Counted from the first letter of the whole stretch, positions 12,729 through 26,166 are shown. The stretch is 63,423 bases of DNA, filler included, from Sphacelaria rigidula (GCA_964200075.2; 11 parts of 11 records of this genome joined end to end with filler, not necessarily neighbours in it); one strand, 5' to 3'. A program made the numbers and translations. The notes: a model not told the origin generated them from the letters alone.

Positions 12729-15044
12729 CTAACGCATGAACTCTCCGTACACGGAATTTGCGAATTGAAAACGCTTGCAATATACTCCGAACGACCAAAC
12801 GAGCTGAGCGAGACGTAATCCCGCTTGGGTAACACTTGGAAAACGTAGCCAAGTGGATGCACAAAACTTCTTGTGTTTCAAATATTCCATCGTGAGTCGT
12901 TGAAGCCCGTGGGTAAAATACTTCTCAATGGCACCCACCTCCTGGTCCATAGGTTGCTCTTCGCCGTCGCTTCTAGCATCAGCGAGGCCAGGCTTGAAGA
13001 CACCCTCACCAAAGTCGATATCACCGATCTTGCCTGTTTCCTCGCCCGTTTCGTCCTTGGCCGCGGTTTCTTCCACGAGATCCTCGAGCGATGCCGTCGA
13101 CTTCCAGTCACCATTCAAGTTGTCGCTACACGTGTGAGAGGGAGATCTAGCGTGGCCGATAGACCGGGGGGTCGCGTTGCTATCTCTGTTCCGGTCGGTA
13201 CTATCGCTGTCGTTTGCCGCTTCGACGTCGGTGGTGGGATCGGCGGCGTTGTTGCTGCCGCCGTACTCCGTACCCACACGCGGCGACGACTCGGAGTGGG
13301 GTGATAATGTGGTGGAGGAGCGAGATGCATTGATCGTAGTGGAAGTTCCGTCAGTGCTGTCATTGTCAGAGCTGTCGCCAGAGCCTTCGGGTGCTGCGTA
13401 TGCGTGGCAAACGAGCGAGGAGGTACAGTAGTGGAGGCAGGTACGGTGCGGCGGGTTAGACATCCACTTCGGGGGGTCGTCGTACTTGGTCTCTCTCTCG
13501 AGAGCATCAGACGCGTGATTCTGGAGACGTGAGTAACCGACATTTGTGCACAACACAGTGGCGGACGGTACCAGGAGCCCTAGCATGCATACCTGGATAG
13601 ACACAGACAAAGCAATGATCTTGCTTCTCAGACGCAATACTGGCTGTAGCTCGCACGTCCGACACTGATTATCCTGCTCTGTGCGCTCTGCTGTGCTGTG
13701 CTGTGCTGTTGTTCTTTACTGTTGTGCATCACCGCGCTTATGGTGGCCGGCGGCAATATTTTGGGAGCCAGGAAGAACTCGCCGCTCGATTAACCGATAG
13801 GCAGAGCTGACACTCGTATGGGTTTCTGTACATGCACACTACTCACTGTATACGAAAGCAAAGAGAGAATCTGAGGCACAAGATATAGGCAAGAGTAGGT
13901 CCAAACACGGAGACGGGGGATAACACCCCGGGTGTTACAAAATAGTCTACGCCATGATTCGCGAAAACGTAGCCATTTGTATGTAGAAACGCAGCCCGGA
14001 TTCGACGACATGAGGTTGCTATCTCCGAGATTTGTCGACAAGTGATGTGTTCAGAGAAAAAGTGCACCCCTCCCTCTCTGGACGGTTGGGTGAGAAGATC
14101 TCATCACGTGCGTTGTTGCAGTGCGTTCTGACCGCGGACCGCGGGGTAATAACGGCGGGGTAACCGCTGCAACTATATATAGGCAAGACCCAAGATCCAA
14201 GATATTTTGCTGCATGCCAGGTACCGCGACTCGCAAGATAATGAAAGACACGCGCGTGTTCCTATCGACACATGCAAAACAGAGAGCATCCTCTGGAGCC
14301 GAGTCCGGATCACACATATCACACTACTGTATCTGGTTGTTCAGATTCGACACACCCAACCGTGATTTGACACCAAGCAGCTGCATTACTGGTGAGCGCG
14401 ATACAGTGGGAACGTGTTTTTGACTCGCAAGCGGATGACGCCAGTGCCTGTGGGACACAACAAAAAGCGCATCATGGCTGCCTGAGCCGCTTGGGCTAGT
14501 AGCCAGCAGATCTGCAACTGATGTTTCATCAAGATTGCCACCGCTCGAAGTGCACAAGGCAATCGCTGCGCTGTACTGCACTGTACTGCCGCGTGTGCCG
14601 TCAACAGCATGAATACACCGGAGCAGCATACTGACTGTGCTGTTGGGCCGATCAACTTCGCTTACTGTACTTACCATGGGCGTTTGGCGCCTGTTTCCCT
14701 TCCGTCTCTCCCTCGATCTGCAGGCCGTCGTCGGCAACGGTGGTGCTGTGGTTGTCATCCGTTTCCTCGCTCGTCGCGCTCCCGTCCACCTCGGCCATGG
14801 AAGTCATGGTCATTTCTACCGCCAGGCGGGGTAGAAAGGGCGAGAACACTGCCTCATCGCTCGCCTTCCTGATGGCATCCTCGTCGATGCCTGACATGTC
14901 GAGTATCAAAGCCGGAGGTTCTTTCTCCTTGCTTTTCTCCTCCAAATACTTGTCCAAGTCATTCACAGACACAGTCGCACCCAGGGTAGTGACCGCGGTG
15001 GAGACCAGGACCAGCATGCCGTGCACGAGCAAAGGGATCTTCAT
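12729..15044 (-). CDS. Hypothetical protein, possibly secreted and acidic/Ser-Thr rich; first exon 15044-14675, probable further coding sequence in 13643-12729
   Basis: ATG with a hydrophobic signal-like N-terminus (MKIPLLVHGMLVLVSTAVTTLGA), GTAAGT donor at 14674, and a 302-aa downstream ORF. Exon joining was not resolved. Confidence 0.45.
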
Positions 15045-15619
15045 TGTCTTGTCGCTATAGTTGGTTGCGATTGTCGAAGGAGTATCGGCTGCTGATCTTT
15101 TTGTGGGGAACAGACAAGGTCAAAGCTGCTGAGTGTGTACGTGTGGTGATCTGCAGAGCACATGAAAATACCGACCGGTAAATAAATGTGGCCTTCTGCA
15201 AACATAGGGAGGCGTGACTACTGTTTTCATTTGGTTGGTAATCACTTTCGACTTTCGCGCAGCCCAGGACGCTGACATCTGAGCACGTCGTGAGATCATC
15301 ACCACTCCACTGCGGGCAGCGAAGCGGAAACGACCAAACGATAGTGTGATGAATGATTCCATTTTGCAGCAAGCAAGATGCAAATGGAGGTCGAGATTTG
15401 CTAGGGTAGAGATGACGTATTTGGACCCAGACTTTCTCGTCCAGGGCTCCTGAAGTGGGGATCCACACAAGAATACAGTACTGTATGGGTCAGGATACAA
15501 TATTCCTGTTTTCGAATTCATTCGAAATATCCCTGGCCCATGGGGACAATCCTGACCATGACGTGCTGAAATATATGTAAAAGTCTTCTCTCAGATGAAG
15601 AAACAATAAAATTGGGGGC

Positions 15620-15890
15620 TATTTCATTTGTATGTCCGGGGGTGTTTCGGTAGGTTGAAGCAAAAGTATGATGATCTTACTTACTTCATTCATCATGTTG
15701 TCTGTGTCCCGGCTACATTCTGGTTGGTCAAAGAAAGGGAAAAGTGGTCCGTTTTGTTATTATTTCATGTCTGTGTCCGGGCTGTGTTCCGGTAGGTCAA
15801 AGAGAGAATGTGGTTAGCTTTGTCATTTCATGTTTGTGTCCGGGCTGCATTCTGCTAGTTGGGAGAAGAAGTATGGTCTACTTTTTTCGC
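15620..15890. repeat. ~63-bp minisatellite (about 4 units); same family at ~17080-17142 and, inverted, at 28608-28775
   Basis: Repeated tttcatgt(c/t)tgtgtccgggctg..ttc.ggtaggt..aag....tggttagct. Confidence 0.8.
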
Positions 15891-16063
15891 TTTCTCATAC
15901 GTCCACTATGATAATAGGACAAAGAAAAAAATAGGGCTGTGAACCGGCTGCTCTTGCGAGTTAAGTTTGAAATGGCCGCAACAACGACCAGTATTATATC
16001 GATGTTTTCCCAGTTGATCGGCGAAGCCGAGCCGCAAACGCCCCCCCGCCCCACATTGGTCTT

Positions 16064-16120
16064 TTTTGACTATGGCATACATGATCATGAGTACACCCCC
16101 CCTCCCCCCCGCCCCCCCCG
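16064..16120 (+). mobile_element. Poly(C)-tailed retroposon, family A, extremely 5'-truncated
   Basis: ...GACTATGGCATACATGATCATGAGTACA-CCCCCCC; CCCCCCCGCCCC on both sides (possible TSD). Confidence 0.75.
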
Positions 16121-17325
16121 GCTGGTGAGGGAGCCTCGCTAGAGCGCCGCCGGAGGCGAGAAATATTGCGTTATTTGGCTTTTTTTTTCTGGAAAATGTA
16201 GAAAATTGTAGAAAATGTAACCCCCCACATTGAGGAGCTAAAGTCTCAGATGGCGTTCAAATCTCATTCAAAGTGGTGAGCGATTTGGAAATCATTTATT
16301 TGTAATAATACGCAGCAGCAGACTCTCCATGATGAGGAGAGGAGGATACAAACAAGCCAAGGCTCTTCATTTGTTATTGGGAAAGGTTCCACGGTTATTA
16401 GGACAAAAAATAATGATTCGTCAGGAAATTACTTGGTTTTAGTATAATAAGTTGACTCGTGATGAATGAATCCCCATGACTCATTTCAGCGTTACAACCC
16501 AGGTACACGCAGCCCAGACGCGTGGAATGGCGCAAAAGTTGCGTGGGACACCCCTTGGACCAGCGGTCAACTTTTGCCTCCCTCTCGGGCAATCAGGCAG
16601 AAGATATCGTGAATTTTGTGATTTTGAGTCGTGATGATTTGTCCTAACCATTGAAGGTTCTTGCGTTCTCGAAAAAAATGGTCGTTACCATACTAAAACG
16701 CCGTAAACCAGAGAAACATACATGTATATATGTATATATATTTCCACTTTTTTTGGTTCATTATTCCCTAGCGAGGTCCCGCACATTATTTCAATACACA
16801 AACATCAAACATGGGCCGGTAAGTGGTCTGCAAAGTACTGACAGGTGCACGCTTCAATTCTACTCTCATTTTTTGTTCGTAATAATGCAAGCATCTTTGT
16901 TATTAATTCATTATACTAAACTTGGTATAAACATAGCCGGTAACGGCAAACTCCAAATAAGCTGGATAAACTGGAGTCCTCATCACCAGTTCCAGTGAAA
17001 CTCCAGTTAGTTCCAGTTTCATCGCCAGTACAAACTGGTCCAGTTCACAGCCCAAAAAAGAAGTGGTTTGCGTCGTTGTTTCATATAATATTCATGTCCG
17101 GGCTGTCTTATTATGGTAGGTTGAAGAAAACAATGGTTAGCTCGAGAGTGACCAGAAAACCCCCTCCAAGAGACCCTATGTACCCCCCCCCCCCCCTAGC
17201 GTCCCGATTGTTTTTTTTTTTTTCTNNNNNNNNNNNNNNNNNNNNNNNNNNNNNNNNNNNNNNNNNNNNTTAATTAATTAANNNNNNNNNNNNNNNNNNN
17301 NNNNNNNNNNNNNNNNNNNNNNNNN

Positions 17326-17344
17326 ACTACTACTACTACTACTA

Positions 17345-17413
<69 letters not shown>

Positions 17414-17665
17414 ATGCTAATAATCATAATCATAATCATAATCATTATCATAATCATAATCATAATCATAATCATAACCATAATCATAATCATAATCATA
17501 ATAATAATCATAATAATAATGATATTGATAATGATGATAATGATGATGATAATGATAATGATGATAATGATGATGATAATGATGATGATAATAATCATAA
17601 TCATAATCATAATCATAATAATCAAAATCATAATCATAATCATAATGATCATAATCATAATGATA
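17326..17665. repeat. Compound (ACT)n + (ATC/ATA/ATG)n microsatellite
   Basis: Direct reading; it generates spurious poly-Ile/Met/Ser ORFs. Confidence 0.97.
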
Positions 17666-17954
17666 GAATATATGTTTTTTTCGAACAAACTAACAATAAC
17701 GCTAACCCTAACCCTAACCCCGACCCAAGGCGTACGGGCAAGGGGGGTGCATTGGTTCCCCTAGGCAAAGTGTGCGTTGGGGGACCTGACATCGACGCTG
17801 CAGGCGCCGATTTCGACAAACACACGTTCTGGACGAGCTGGGTCCACTGCTCACCTTCCCCAAACCATAATTTTTTCACATCTCTCTCGAGTCTGTCTAA
17901 AATCAAGTAGTCATGTTGTCAACCATAGATATACTACCAAAGCTTGAGGCCTAC

Positions 17955-18255
17955 TGATTTTTTTTCTCACATCGTGCCCAACAGACAGTGTAGAGCGACG
18001 ATATCGTGGTTACACAAAAAAAAAGCACTTCACGGTCGACGAGGGAAAAGGGACAGCTGAAGCCTTCTCGCGATAAAGAGAGAGGCGAGTACCACGGAAA
18101 GGAGGTGGAGTACCATGGCATGATGAAAAGTGAAGAAAAGATCCTGTGAATGTTGACATTCCTCCTGTGTGACCCCGACTGGTGTGCCCACGTTTACCGA
18201 ACGGTGTAAACTGGCACCCAGAATAGATGGGATGAACACAACACAGCACATCACA
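17955..18255 (+). mobile_element. 5'-truncated copy of the tRNA-derived SINE
   Basis: Matches ~8575-8850 (tttttctcacac...gtgcccaacag...ctcctgtgtgaccccg...acacac). Confidence 0.8.
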
Positions 18256-19372
18256 CATCCGTCTGAGTTTAGTTCTAGCGCTCACTTATTGAATTATGAC
18301 ACATGAATCGGGAGCACTTTCCGTGCTCCAGTGGGAAGGGGGCGGATGGGATTGGGAAGCACCTTCCTGTTGTTCCTGGCGTTCCGTAATTCTTGTCCCC
18401 TAGACAACGTCCACGAGATGTCACTCGTCATCTTGTCATCAAGGAAATACCCAATCTATTCGGCACTAGCGATCTCCGTGTTCCCCACACCACTACATTC
18501 GCGGACCTAGAATTCTACAACGAGGGCACTGACACGGTGCGTGCGATGGCCAGTCTTCTGTGGGGGCCTACTTGTAGTATTCCCACATGATCCGTTATTT
18601 TGGTCGGAATCTTCTCACTGGATTATGTTCAGGATGTCCTGGCTCCGTTTGGGGGATGGCAAGTGGGTAGGTACGGGAGCACGGTGAAAAAACGGGGTAT
18701 GATACACCCGAACGCCAACCCAGGGCATGCCCAGAATCCACCGGCGAGGGAGGGGTGGGTAAAACGAGTATCCCAGACAAGCTGTGCGTTTGCAGAGCTC
18801 GAAAGAGATTCGAGTGAGAACAGCGTCCTTGCACATGCTGGGCGACCAGTCGGAGTCATTCATCCCACCGGAGATCCGCATCTGGTAATCCGCCTTGAAA
18901 TAAATCGGACGAAAAACTCGCGCAAACTCTGCTTTGGCTTGAGGGATAAGTGAGGCTCACGGTTGGTACATACGGCTTCATTATGGCGGAGTTTTGAACA
19001 CGTGAAGAACGGTCTGTCCGATGTTTTCGGTCAGTGCTGTTTGTCCTTGTCTAACTGGATCCAGAGACCCTTCCACAGACGAAATTTTGCCTATGGTCTC
19101 GGCGATCGAAATCCGTGAACGGAACTTGTGTATGGGTGCACGAGTACTGTGCTTTTTTCTGCCGAATTCCCCTGTCCTCCTCCGTCTGTTTGTGTACGTT
19201 TTTTTTTTAGCTGTTAGAGGATTTGTCAGCAATCTATAATTCATGATTGTTGTTTATTGCAATTGCTATAATTCGTAGTTTTATGTTTACCCTTGGCCCT
19301 TGAACAGCGAGCGTCGCCTCGGAACAGTTTTACAGGCTGACAGTCCGGAGACATTCAGGGGTTTTAGAGGCC

Positions 19373-19420
19373 GGGGGGGGGGGTGTACTCATGATCATGC
19401 ATGCCGTAGTCATAAGACCA
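19373..19420 (-). mobile_element. Poly(C)-tailed retroposon, family A, 5'-truncated
   Basis: G11-TGTACTCATGATCATGCATGCCGTAGTCATAAGACCA flanked by CCGGGGGGGGG and CCGGGTGGGGG. Confidence 0.8.
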
Positions 19421-19974
19421 ACCGGGTGGGGGGCGGGAGGTGTCTGTCCACAGAGCAGCCGAAACGCTCACCAAGTCAACCATGTGTGTTTGGAAGATTC
19501 CCGCGGAGGATTCTAAACCAGGAATGAGGCCCGAGAGGCGCGGAATAACCGTTCTGAGCAATCACGGCCGTCAAAATGAGCACGTAGTTCCCCTACAGGT
19601 GGACTTCTTCGCTGTCTACTGGAATATCTCATCTTGGTCATCGCCGGTCAACCATAGATGTCATGGGTACAAATAACTTATTTGGTACTCTGCTCGAGGT
19701 CTGTGCCGCCTGTTTGACGCCTCCTGTGTTGCCAGCATAGCTTCACAGTCCTAAGTGTTGTTGTTGAACACTAAGCAGATGCATCAGCAGCATGCAGTGA
19801 ATTGTGTTCGGTGGAGAGCGATGGCGCACTGACTGTTTCTTGCCGTTGTATCCAGCGGAGACATACCGCACACATACTCTGTACGCTATTGACTACACGG
19901 TCAAAACCGGTCAGGGGTTCTCCGAAACTAATTTCTATACAGATGCCCAGGATCCACATGATGATGAAGAAACG

Positions 19975-20213
19975 TGTTGTGTGTGTTGTCCCTTCCATTC
20001 TGGACGCCGGTCTACACCTTTCGGTATATGTAGGCGCAGCAGCCGGGGTCACACAGGAGGAAGGTCAACACAGGAGCTTTTTGTTTTTTATTTGTCTTTA
20101 GTACCGCACCTTCCTTCTGCGGTGCTTGTGTAGCGAGAGGAAAGAGCTGTTCTGAACCCCGAATGTGGGATAATCCATCCCAGTCCACCTGCGGGGGGGT
20201 CGCTGTCTGAGGG
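19975..20213 (-). mobile_element. SINE-tail-bearing element with a different upstream body
   Basis: 19975-20128 is the 3' half of the tRNA SINE; 20131-20213 instead matches 36851-36928. Confidence 0.65.
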
Positions 20214-20303
20214 TTATTTTATTTTATTTTTTTGTGCAATTAAAAAGAAATCAGGTCTTGTTTGTTTCTTCTTGTTTTCTATTTTTGTATAATTTTGTAT
20301 ATA

Positions 20304-21199
20304 CAGTAGTCAGCGTCAGAAGTATGCAGAGTTCATTTCTTAGTTTCTCAAAGATTTTCCAAATTTGTTTCGCTTGCCACCGCTCATCACAGTGACTGTT
20401 GGATGCCAAAATATGCGCATCTAGAGATATTTCAATCCTCTTGACAAATATTGAAAGAGAAATACCTGCGATCAATATTGAGGGACTTACGGGCTTGACC
20501 GGTCTTCGGGGATCCTGCGAAAGTGCAACCGCAGGTTCTAGCTTTTCGGTATTTTCGGTGGACCGACTCGATCCCGATCATATAAGTGAAGACTCAAAAA
20601 AAATTATATATATTTTTTAATTCCTCCTATTCACTGCGCTTAAGCCGGAAAACTATGTTTTGTGGACCACTTACGGTCAATGACACCCTCCTGATAAACG
20701 GTGTCTTTACTCCGTATCCCCCCCACAACACCAACTTGATTCGAGCACGGTCTGCTTATTTCGCCGAAACTGTCGACGCTAGCACGTTCGAGTGCCCATG
20801 GAAAATATTATGCGAAAACCCCCCGAAAAGAGGCCATTCACAGGAAATGCTAGATTGAGGTCTGTGCACTATAGGAGGGAAACACGATCTCGATAGTTCT
20901 TGTGAAGAATTGCATACGTATTAATTTATCTCAAGATCTGCCGTTTCGTTGCGGAAAAGCCGGAAACCGGTTTTTATTGGGCCAAAAATGATCAAAAACA
21001 CCCTCCTAATAAACGGGGTATCTAGTCCGTATCGGCCCAAAAACACCATACTTAGGCACTGCAGTTTGAGTGTGGCTTACGCTTTCCCCCTAAATCTGCC
21101 GGCGCTAGCACTTTCAAGTAGTAATAAAGAATATTATTCGAGAAAAACTCAAAAACTACAACAAGTACGAATTCCGAAAACTTCTGATGCTGACTTTAT
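20304..21199. mobile_element. Tc1/mariner-type non-autonomous element with an internal ~310-bp-period duplication
   Basis: TA-CAGTAGTCAGCGTCAGAAGT ... ACTTCTGATGCTGACT imperfect TIRs; internal sequence similar to 48171-48719. Confidence 0.6.
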
Positions 21200-22196
21200 A
21201 TTTGATTGTCTTTCCCCTGTTCAAAAAATAAAACCAACCATCCATCCTCAAACAATCTTCAATTAATTAATTAATTAGTTAATTATATATTAATATATAT
21301 ATTATTATATATGGTTCTATTTTCAATCATATAATTTTCTTCATTTTATAGTTGCGAAGTATATATCTACCAACCCTCCGCGCCCCCGTTTTGTTTTTGG
21401 TTATCAATATCCGCCCCAACATGCGCGCTCGTACGCACACTCTCACAGAGTTTATCGGGATCAACGACCATCACACGCGATGCTCCGGGAGATGTCAGGC
21501 TGAGTATCGACGGCAGTCAAGATGAGGGAAAGGGGGAGTCGGCTGCCGTTGCTCAGGCTAGAACGCTGTTTGCTCAAGGGTTGATTTCGGCCGAGGAATT
21601 GGAGGCGGTTGTTCAGAAGGATCAGGTGCACCTTTCCTTTCATTTTTTTTTTTTTCTGTTGTGTTATAAAGTGAGAATTTCACACTCTCCCTCAGCCGTG
21701 ACGAATCCGCATCTTCAAGGAATGAGTAAACTACCTTACTGTCAATTGTCCGAATTGAAGTCGTTTTTTTTTTTGCGTGTGGTTTCCCGCATGTCTTCAT
21801 TTACTCACGTCGGAGTGCAAGATAAAAGCATGTGAATGCGTTGTTCTTTTGAAAAATTCGTTCCCATTTGTCTTATTTGTTACCATGTCAAACTATTCAT
21901 CAATTTGTTGGTCGCTTCTTGTATACATTTTTTTTTTTTGTCATTTTGACTCGTTTTATTTTTCATACGCACGAATGCACAAGACGAGCAAAAAATTATC
22001 ACATCCAGGCTTCTTCAATCAAGTGGTACAGCAGCAGCACATGTGTTTCCGGCTGAGCAACTTCGTATAGTACGTCTATTTTTGTTTTTTGCGTTTTTTT
22101 GGGGGGCGAGGGCGGGGGAGGGGACACTTTCAAAACCTTCCCTTCCTTGGGACTAGTCCGTGGTCTGAACGGTCTCATCAATTCCTCCCCCCGGTG

Positions 22197-22961
22197 AGGA
22201 AATTACGAAAGGGCGGGCTGGAATAAGGTGGGATAGAGGAGTCGAGAAAGTATGGAAAGATATAAGAGGAAGCCAAGACGAAATACTGCCCTTAGATAAA
22301 GGCGGGGGGCACAAAACAAAAGTAAGAGTCATGACAAGAAATAAGGGAGAAAGAAGCGCTACGACGCGAAGTAGACGAGGAAGAACACTTGGAGATATGC
22401 GGAGGGTTCAGAGAGGGGATGAGGATGAAGACATATTTGCGTGGCCCAATCTACGTGGCGAAAAAAATGAAACCGCGATTTCGGGTGGGGAACCTGGACC
22501 TCCCGGAAAGAATAAAGAGATATACCAGGAGTCGTAAGGAGGAAAAAGTAGACGCACAGAACTGCCCCTGTGGCGAAGCACCAGAAAGCAGAAGTTATAT
22601 AGTTGCAGAATGTGAACAATACAAGGAGGAACGGGACGTGCTAAAAGGGAAAATGTGGGACGTGGACGAAGGTGGGATGAAAACGTTTGATGCATTAGTT
22701 AGTAGGGAGAAAACAATGGTTATACTTGAAGATAGATGGTGGTCACAGACGGCGAAGCAGGACGGGGATAAGATATGTAAAAAGGTTTTTGCGTAATGTA
22801 TGGAAGAAACATAATGAGCGCCGGAATGTTGAAGGTGTCTCTGTGAGAAGTAGGAACGATGCTCCGTCTGGAAAGGGATACGTGGTCAATGGTCGAACGA
22901 CGAGGGCAAGCAATGAATGAGTACGCCACCCCCCCACCCCCCACCCCCCCCCCCCCCCCCC
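22197..22961 (+). mobile_element. 3' end of a LINE-like non-LTR retrotransposon (frameshifted ORF C-terminus) ending in poly(C); family B
   Basis: KGRAGIRW..V motif, RFRVGN..L, degenerate zinc knuckle CPCG-x3-ES-x2-Y-x4-C-x2-Y-x3-R and FLRNVW, as in LINE RT C-termini. Stop at 22918-22920 followed by GTACG and a ~36-nt C-rich run. Confidence 0.8.
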
Positions 22962-24705
22962 GGCCCGTACCCCACCCGCAGCCCTCGAGCTAGTGGTAGC
23001 NNNNNNNNNNNNNNNNNNNNNNNNNNNNNNNNNNNNNNNNNNNNTTAATTAATTAANNNNNNNNNNNNNNNNNNNNNNNNNNNNNNNNNNNNNNNNNNNN
23101 CTTTTGAAAAAAGGTTGTCATGTTCTAGGAACGGGATACCGAACATGCCCCGGATAGCAACCCCACCCACTAGGAGAAGCACCAATTTTTCCGGATATCC
23201 CCCCCCCCCCCCCCCCAGATCAATGGGATATCAACCCTAGGGACCCATCCCTATTTCACTTCAGGGATACCCTCGCGTGTGCTTGTCAAACGACTAACAC
23301 CCCGGGTTGAGGTTCCACCCGACACATTCAGAGTAAGACACTAACAAGTCCGTGCGGCCCCATGTGATTGGGCGATAAGTTCGTGCTGTTGATACGACGG
23401 ATTCATCCTTGAACGGCGAATTCGGCCATTATCTTCAGTTCGTCGAAGTTACGTTGTTTTTTCTTTTCAGCAATGGAAATGTCAAGGGTGATAGCAGACG
23501 TACTCGCCTTGAGTGACTTCATGACGTCTGCAAAATATCTAGAATATCAACCCGACAACGGGTTTTGCTGTAGGCTGATACGCTATCTGAATGAACGTTT
23601 TCCTTTTCCGAGGTCCTGAATCACTTGGAGCATCGGAGCTCAAACGTGGCTAAATGTAGGGGCTTTTGGGGACTCGGATTGTAGATACCTACGGTTCGAG
23701 CTCGTAGAACGTGATCGAATGATGTGCCTGTGTCTTTCGTGGCAGGTCGCCTGATATTTGACCGTAGGATCAACTCATCCATGCAAACAGTCGCCGTGAA
23801 GTATCGTGTTTCATATCTGCCGGACCCCGTAGGGTGATGGTCATTGGTTTCAAAAATGCTTACAACACCGCCCGGTTGGCGTCTGATAAATTTTGCGCTG
23901 CCATTTGATCTAGAATGACTGTTTACCCTGTCTCCCAGTGTGAGCGGGGTGTCCTCAGCGAAGGGGACGAAACAGTCTCTTCGAGGCGAACAGCACGAAC
24001 AACAGCCGAAATTGACAGCAACATGGGTCATATCATTTCCAAACTCACCCCGCTTAGCGCCGCGCTCTCCGATTGGTCACTCGGCCGCTTGCATTGTTTC
24101 ACACTATGAATATACATCAAGTACAGTGGGGCGGATGTAGAACGGTCTGCTTGCGGAACGTGTACAAAATATTGTCCAGAATGGCCACGCCCTTCCGGAA
24201 CGAAAGGAATCCTGGATTCGCTGCTCGAGTTTTGAGAGATAAAACCTGAATATTTCAGGAGAGGGGTACATCGATCGTTCAAAGGGCGCGACAAGCGTAC
24301 ATCCCTCATGAGCCAAACGCGAAAGGTTGTATTTTTATATACCAACAAAAACAAACTGCCCGGACGGTTTATTTCCAGGTCGTGGGTACCTGGTTTTTCG
24401 CTATTCGCTTTTGGAAAATATGAGCAGACAACGGTTGGTGTAAGTCAGTCGAATGGGTCACGATGCCTCTCAAGAGAAGGGAAATTCCGGTTATGAAGCC
24501 GTTCAAATGGGCAATTCCTTCGTCTTCCTAAATGTGCAGGTTCGTACTCTCGAACCTCAAGTACATGTCGCCGGAGAAAATTTCCAATCTTTTAACCCGG
24601 GATCAGGGCTTATGGCTTATTGGAGCGTAGAATGCAACCGGGGTTCGTGACATATTCAGGAGTTACGTTGACGCTGCCGGGTGTCTCTTCGTATTTTTGG
24701 CGCAG

Positions 24706-24865
24706 GTATCCCTGCCAAAATCAGGGAGCGCAGGGCGTACCCGCGGTTGGCCATTCCACAGAGGCGGGCAAAGTGCAGTTCAACGCGAATGGCAGCGTGC
24801 TGTTGTCTATCGGCACCGATAGTCGCGTTATCTTGCAGCACGCGATACTCCCGAGCTCATCCTGA
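24706..24865 (+). CDS. Terminal exon of an EML/EMAP-like WD40 protein
   Basis: cgcag acceptor then YPCQNQGAQGVPAVGHSTEAGKVQFNANGSVLLSIGTDSRVILQH...stop, resembling the EML C-terminal YPC...GHS..V..V.F......L.S.G..D pattern. Upstream exons were not resolved. Confidence 0.6.
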
Positions 24866-26166
24866 GACGGCCCACTGCCTCACTGTTGCGCGATTACTGT
24901 CAGATCCCCCATGCAAGTTGCAACAAGATACATCGATAGTTCATCCTTCGTCATTAATATCGTGATCGACTGAAAGACGTTTGCTTTGCTTTTGTGTCAG
25001 GTTTCACATGTCGCCACGTGAAGAATGCTAGCAGTTGCGATCATTTAGGTAGTAAATGCTCTGGTACGTTTCGGAATTGAGAACTTCTCGTTCACACGGT
25101 AGCGGTTTGATTGCGTCGAACCAAACGGGGAACTCAGCACGAGCAAGATAGGCCATGGAATGCCGTCCCTAGAATGTATTGTCCTTGGCACGTCTCACGC
25201 ATTTAGCACGGCGTATTCATGAAAATAGGCCAGGAAACCGAAATCCGTAAAGCTTCCACTCACTGTAAGTCGCATGTGAACGATCCTCAAGTACCGTAGA
25301 CTTGCCATCAGTTTGAGCTTGACTTCTGAATTTTAAGACGAGAAGATAGGTAAAGATGCTCGACGAATGAAACCCCACTCGAATCAAAGATGTGTACAGC
25401 GATATCCGCTTTTTAGCGGAAGTTTCCTTCACCACAGAAACATCGGTCGATAGCGACGGAAACCCGCTACCCAAACAAAATAACACATGCATAAGCATCA
25501 GAGCCAGGAGGTCATCACAACATTGAAGAGCAAAATGTTACCCTGCTCCGGTGGTCTGACTCGTTCAACTGTTGGTTCGGCTGGGGCGGAGAGTTGTGGC
25601 GTCACAAATTCAAACAGACATGTTTGCTGTCATCAAAACCAGCCTTTCATGCTCTTTAGCTTGAGAGCGCGAGTATCAAAAAAGAATCAACGAGAGTCGA
25701 CTTAGTGCGGATCGGAATATTCCTTGGCTAACGCACAGGATGATGGTTATACATCATTTATGGTAGAGCACCCAAGTAATACTGTAACTTGGGAGAGTGC
25801 TGAAGAAGAGGGAAGCTGATGAGAGAGTGGTCGGGTAGGCACAACGCGTGCACCCCGTTTTCCGTACTGCACCACATTTGCCCACACTTGATTGCCAGTA
25901 CTCGTACGTCACCCCGATCCCCTTTTCTACGGAGATCCAGCATTACTGAGTATCTGAATCTCCTTGAATACCCCCCTGATCGGATACCTCAGCACTCCAA
26001 GCTAAAACAAATAACGGAGGAAACTCTGCCTTGTGCTCAAAACCAAACAGCCTTTTTTCGCAGACGCCTAGGCCAGGGCACCTGCACTTGACAACGGGAA
26101 ACGCCCTACGAACCCACGCCCCACAAAGTAGCGTGAGCGGCTTCACCCGACATAAGTGCAGATGCA

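Noticed and set aside
17702..17720. (CCCTAA)n telomere-like motif
   Set aside because: Only about three units and internal to the contig; insufficient to call a telomere.
17278..17764. Poly-Ile/Met/Ser ORFs (also 51920-53109) and QTDR-repeat ORFs near 10086-10452
   Set aside because: Translations of microsatellites.
18393..18953. Coding-like stretches (also ~51350-51660 and ~58020-58780)
   Set aside because: Interrupted in all frames with no motif I can recognise; left unannotated.
22852..22925. Known self-cleaving ribozyme (hammerhead, HDV, twister) in the poly(C) element tail
   Set aside because: I could not find the hammerhead CUGANGA/GAAA core arrangement or a convincing HDV/twister pseudoknot by eye; reported only as a conserved fold.
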